In this document: positions 61,547 through 64,000 of the stretch, in pieces
How positions within the stretch are numbered: the first letter of the stretch is position 1
Layout of the letters: each line of letters starts with the position of its first letter
Origin: Acidovorax sp.
Lineage (GTDB): Bacteria > Pseudomonadota > Gammaproteobacteria > Burkholderiales > Burkholderiaceae_C
Assembly: GCF_027492855.1 (NCBI RefSeq)
Contig: NZ_JAPUDY010000067.1
Location: 1,541 to 65,540, forward strand
DNA length: 64,000 bases
Direction of reading: 5' to 3'
Made by a program: the position numbers and the translations under genes
The notes under the pieces: model-generated
Told to the model about the DNA's origin: nothing
The model's input: the letters and a program-made list of their open reading frames with translations, nothing else
Databases searched by the model: none

Positions 61547-62662
61547 ATGTTATTCGATTCATCCCTTCGCAAGGAGCTGGCGCGCAGCTTCGGCGCGACG
61601 CTGGTAGTGCTGGTGACCGTGGTCATGACCATGATGCTCATCCGCACCCTGGGCCAGGCATCCAAGGGCAGCGTCAGCCCATCTGACGTGATGCTGGTCA
61701 TGGGCTACACCGTGCTCGGGCAACTGTCCACCATTCTCAGCCTGAGCCTGTTCATTGCCGTGGTGGGCACGCTCTCGCGCATGTACCGCGACAGCGAAAT
61801 GGTGATCTGGTTTGCCAGCGGCCGGGGCCTTATCAGCCTGGTCAAGCCCCTGGTGCGGTTTGCCTGGCCAGTGATGCTGGTGATTGCCGTGCTGTCGCTG
61901 CTGGTGTGGCCCTGGGCCAATTCGCAAATCCAGGAGCTCAGAACCCGCTACGAGCAGCGCAGCGACATCGACCGCATTGCACCCGGAGAATTCCAGGAGT
62001 CATCGAACGGCAGCCGGGTGTTCTTCATCGACAAGGACAGCCCCGACACGCAGGCTGCCAACAACGTTTTCATCGCCTCCAACGATGGCCGGCGCGAATC
62101 CGTCACATCCGCCCGCAGCGCGCGGCTGGAGGTCCAGAACGGTGAGCGCATGGTGCTGCTCAGCGACGGGCAGCGGCTGGAGAGTGCGCAAGACAAGCCC
62201 GGCATGAAGATCAGCGACTTTTCCGAATACGGCACCCGCATCGGCGCTGCCGCGCCAGGCTCGGCCGAAGAACTTGCAGTGAAGACCCGCACCACCTACG
62301 ACCTGCTTCGCGAGCCCCTGCCCGCCTACCAGGCCGAGTTGGGCTGGCGCCTGGGGCTGGCGCTGGCGGCGCTCAACTTCGTGTTGCTCGGCCTGGCTGT
62401 GGCCAGCGCCAATCCGCGCGCCGCGCGCAGCACCAGCCTGGTGTTCGCTCTGTTCGGATTCATCGTGTACTACAACCTCATGACGCTGGGCCAAAGCTGG
62501 GTCGGCGCGGGCCGGATGGGCCTTGCGAGCTTCATGGTGCTGCTGCACGGCGGCATGCTGGCCGTCTCGCTGCTGGTGCTGGCCGTGCGGCACAACCAAT
62601 GGACAGTGCGGCGCCTGTGGGCACCACGGCCTGCACGGTCATCGGAAGGGCGGCCCGCATGA
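61547..62662 (+). CDS. lptF: LPS export ABC permease LptF
   Basis: ATG at 61547 (MLFDSSLRKELARSFGATLVVLV), 371 aa. It is divergent from pepA and followed by lptG. Confidence 0.88.
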   Translation: MLFDSSLRKELARSFGATLVVLVTVVMTMMLIRTLGQASKGSVSPSDVMLVMGYTVLGQLSTILSLSLFIAVVGTLSRMYRDSEMVIWFASGRGLISLVKPLVRFAWPVMLVIAVLSLLVWPWANSQIQELRTRYEQRSDIDRIAPGEFQESSNGSRVFFIDKDSPDTQAANNVFIASNDGRRESVTSARSARLEVQNGERMVLLSDGQRLESAQDKPGMKISDFSEYGTRIGAAAPGSAEELAVKTRTTYDLLREPLPAYQAELGWRLGLALAALNFVLLGLAVASANPRAARSTSLVFALFGFIVYYNLMTLGQSWVGAGRMGLASFMVLLHGGMLAVSLLVLAVRHNQWTVRRLWAPRPARSSEGRPA

Positions 62663-63768
62663 AAACCATTCGCCGCCTGATCCACCGCGAAGCTTTGTCT
62701 GCCGTGGCCTTCGTCACGGTGGGTTTTCTGGCCCTGTTCTTTTTCTTCGATCTGGTCGATGAGCTGCGCTGGGTGGGCCGCGCCGGGGCCGAGGGCTACC
62801 AGCTCTCGCACGCCCTGCTGTTTGTGGTGCTGAGCATACCCAGCCACCTCTACGAGCTGCTGCCCATTACCGTTCTCATCGGCACCATCTTCGTGATGGC
62901 CCGCCTGGCCCAAAGCTCCGAGTTCACCATCATGCGCACCAGCGGCATGGGCCCTTGGCGCGCACTGCGCACACTGGTCACACTGGGTGGGGCGTTTGCC
63001 ATTTTGACCTTTGCCGTGGGCGACTACCTGGCCCCCCTGACCGACCGCACCGCCCAGCTCATCAAGGTGCGCTACCTCGGGCGGCTGACCACAGGCGCCA
63101 CGGGCGCCTGGCTCAAAGAGCGGCAAGAAGACCATTCCTTCGCGGTCAACGTGCGCGCGCTCACACCCAACAGCGGCATGCTTGACGTGCGCATTTTCGA
63201 GTTCGACGAAAAAGGACGGCTGGCCTCGCAGACGCGGGCCGCCACAGGCCAGTTCGGCCCGGACGGCACCTGGACGCTGGAGACCGTGCAGCGCAGCCGC
63301 TTTGAGCACAGCACCGACAAAAGCGAAGCACGTGTCGAGCACCTGCAAGCCCCCACCCTGGCGTGGCCCACCCGCATCAGCGCAGACATGGTGGCCGCTT
63401 CATTGCTTAAACCCGACCGCATGGCCACGCTGGATTTGTTCCAGTTCATCCGACATCTGAACGCCAACGCCCAGTCCTCACAAAAGTACGAGATCGAGTT
63501 CTGGCGCAAGGTGTTCTACCCCCTCTCCTGCCTGGTGATGGTGGTGCTGGCCCTGCCCTTTGCTTACCTGCATTTCCGCTCAGGCGGCATTGCAGGCTAT
63601 GTGTTTGGCGGTGTGATGGCAGGCATCAGCTTTTTCCTGCTGAACAACGTATTCGGCTACGCAGGCAACCTGCAGAACTGGTCGCCCATGCTCACGGCGG
63701 CGGCGCCGGGGCTCATCTACTCGGTGCTGTCGCTGGCCGCCTTTGGCTGGCTGGTGCTGAGGCGCTGA
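62659..63768 (+). CDS. lptG: LPS export ABC permease LptG
   Basis: The ATG overlaps the lptF stop (ATGA). MKTIRRLIHREALSAVAFVTVGFLALFFFFDLVDEL, 369 aa. Confidence 0.88.
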   Translation: MKTIRRLIHREALSAVAFVTVGFLALFFFFDLVDELRWVGRAGAEGYQLSHALLFVVLSIPSHLYELLPITVLIGTIFVMARLAQSSEFTIMRTSGMGPWRALRTLVTLGGAFAILTFAVGDYLAPLTDRTAQLIKVRYLGRLTTGATGAWLKERQEDHSFAVNVRALTPNSGMLDVRIFEFDEKGRLASQTRAATGQFGPDGTWTLETVQRSRFEHSTDKSEARVEHLQAPTLAWPTRISADMVAASLLKPDRMATLDLFQFIRHLNANAQSSQKYEIEFWRKVFYPLSCLVMVVLALPFAYLHFRSGGIAGYVFGGVMAGISFFLLNNVFGYAGNLQNWSPMLTAAAPGLIYSVLSLAAFGWLVLRR

Positions 63769-63778
63769 CCCCGCAGCC

Positions 63779-64000
63779 ATGCACAGCGCCATCATTCTGT
63801 TCTCCCACGGCTCCCGCGACCCGCTCTGGCGCGCGCCCATGGAAGCCGTGGCCGCGCGCATCGCCACGCACCAGCCCGGCCGCAGCGTGGCCTGCGCCTA
63901 CCTGGAGCTGAGCGCCCCCACGCTGGCAGAAGCCGCCCAGCAGCTCATCGCCCAGGGCGCGGCCAGCGTGACGGTGGTCCCCATGTTCCTGGGCACCGGC
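63779..64000 (+). CDS. CbiX/SirB-type sirohydrochlorin chelatase (partial, continues past window end)
   Basis: MHSAIILFSHGSRDPLWRAPMEAVAARI..VTVVPMFLGTG; no stop falls in the window. Confidence 0.7.
   Translation, partial: MHSAIILFSHGSRDPLWRAPMEAVAARIATHQPGRSVACAYLELSAPTLAEAAQQLIAQGAASVTVVPMFLGTG

Overview
This is a high-GC chromosomal segment. From gene content I infer a Comamonadaceae-like betaproteobacterium: Bug/TctC binding proteins, an acnD-prpF methylcitrate locus, exbBD-lpxK-kdsB-adk and pepA-holC/lptFG. I can support about 60 protein genes. They include a methylcitrate locus with an ScfR/RamB-type regulator, two GGDEF sensors, and an ABC exporter. A Fur-family gene sits with a His-motif lipoprotein. 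There are also two Bug-family SBPs with kdgD, metR-metE, panE, a marR-OMF-emrAB efflux operon and a valine-catabolism cluster (mmsA, acyl-CoA dehydrogenase, mmsB). The rest is icd, sodB, xseA, LPS/envelope genes, adk, an asparaginase, lexA, a LivJ-like SBP and a partial cbiX. I found no rRNA, tRNA, CRISPR array, transposase or integrase. Five observations stand out. (1) A 55-60 bp double-hairpin repeat (R1) occurs 14 times. It fills whole intergenic spacers and also sits in frame inside xseA (twice), an asparaginase gene and lpxK, much like Rickettsia palindromic elements. (2) A second GC-rich palindromic repeat (R2) occurs 7 times. (3) A low-GC 971-bp cassette lies between the functional metE 3-prime end and a displaced, degraded duplicate of that end. 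It carries a colicin-type HNH toxin domain, frameshifted at an A7 tract, and a translationally coupled SUKH/SMI1 immunity gene. (4) Three 18-bp TTCGCAA-type operator repeats lie in the scfR-prpC promoter. (5) There are several gene remnants or interruptions and perfect palindromes in promoter regions. Product names come from reading the translations and recalling family signatures. No database search was run.
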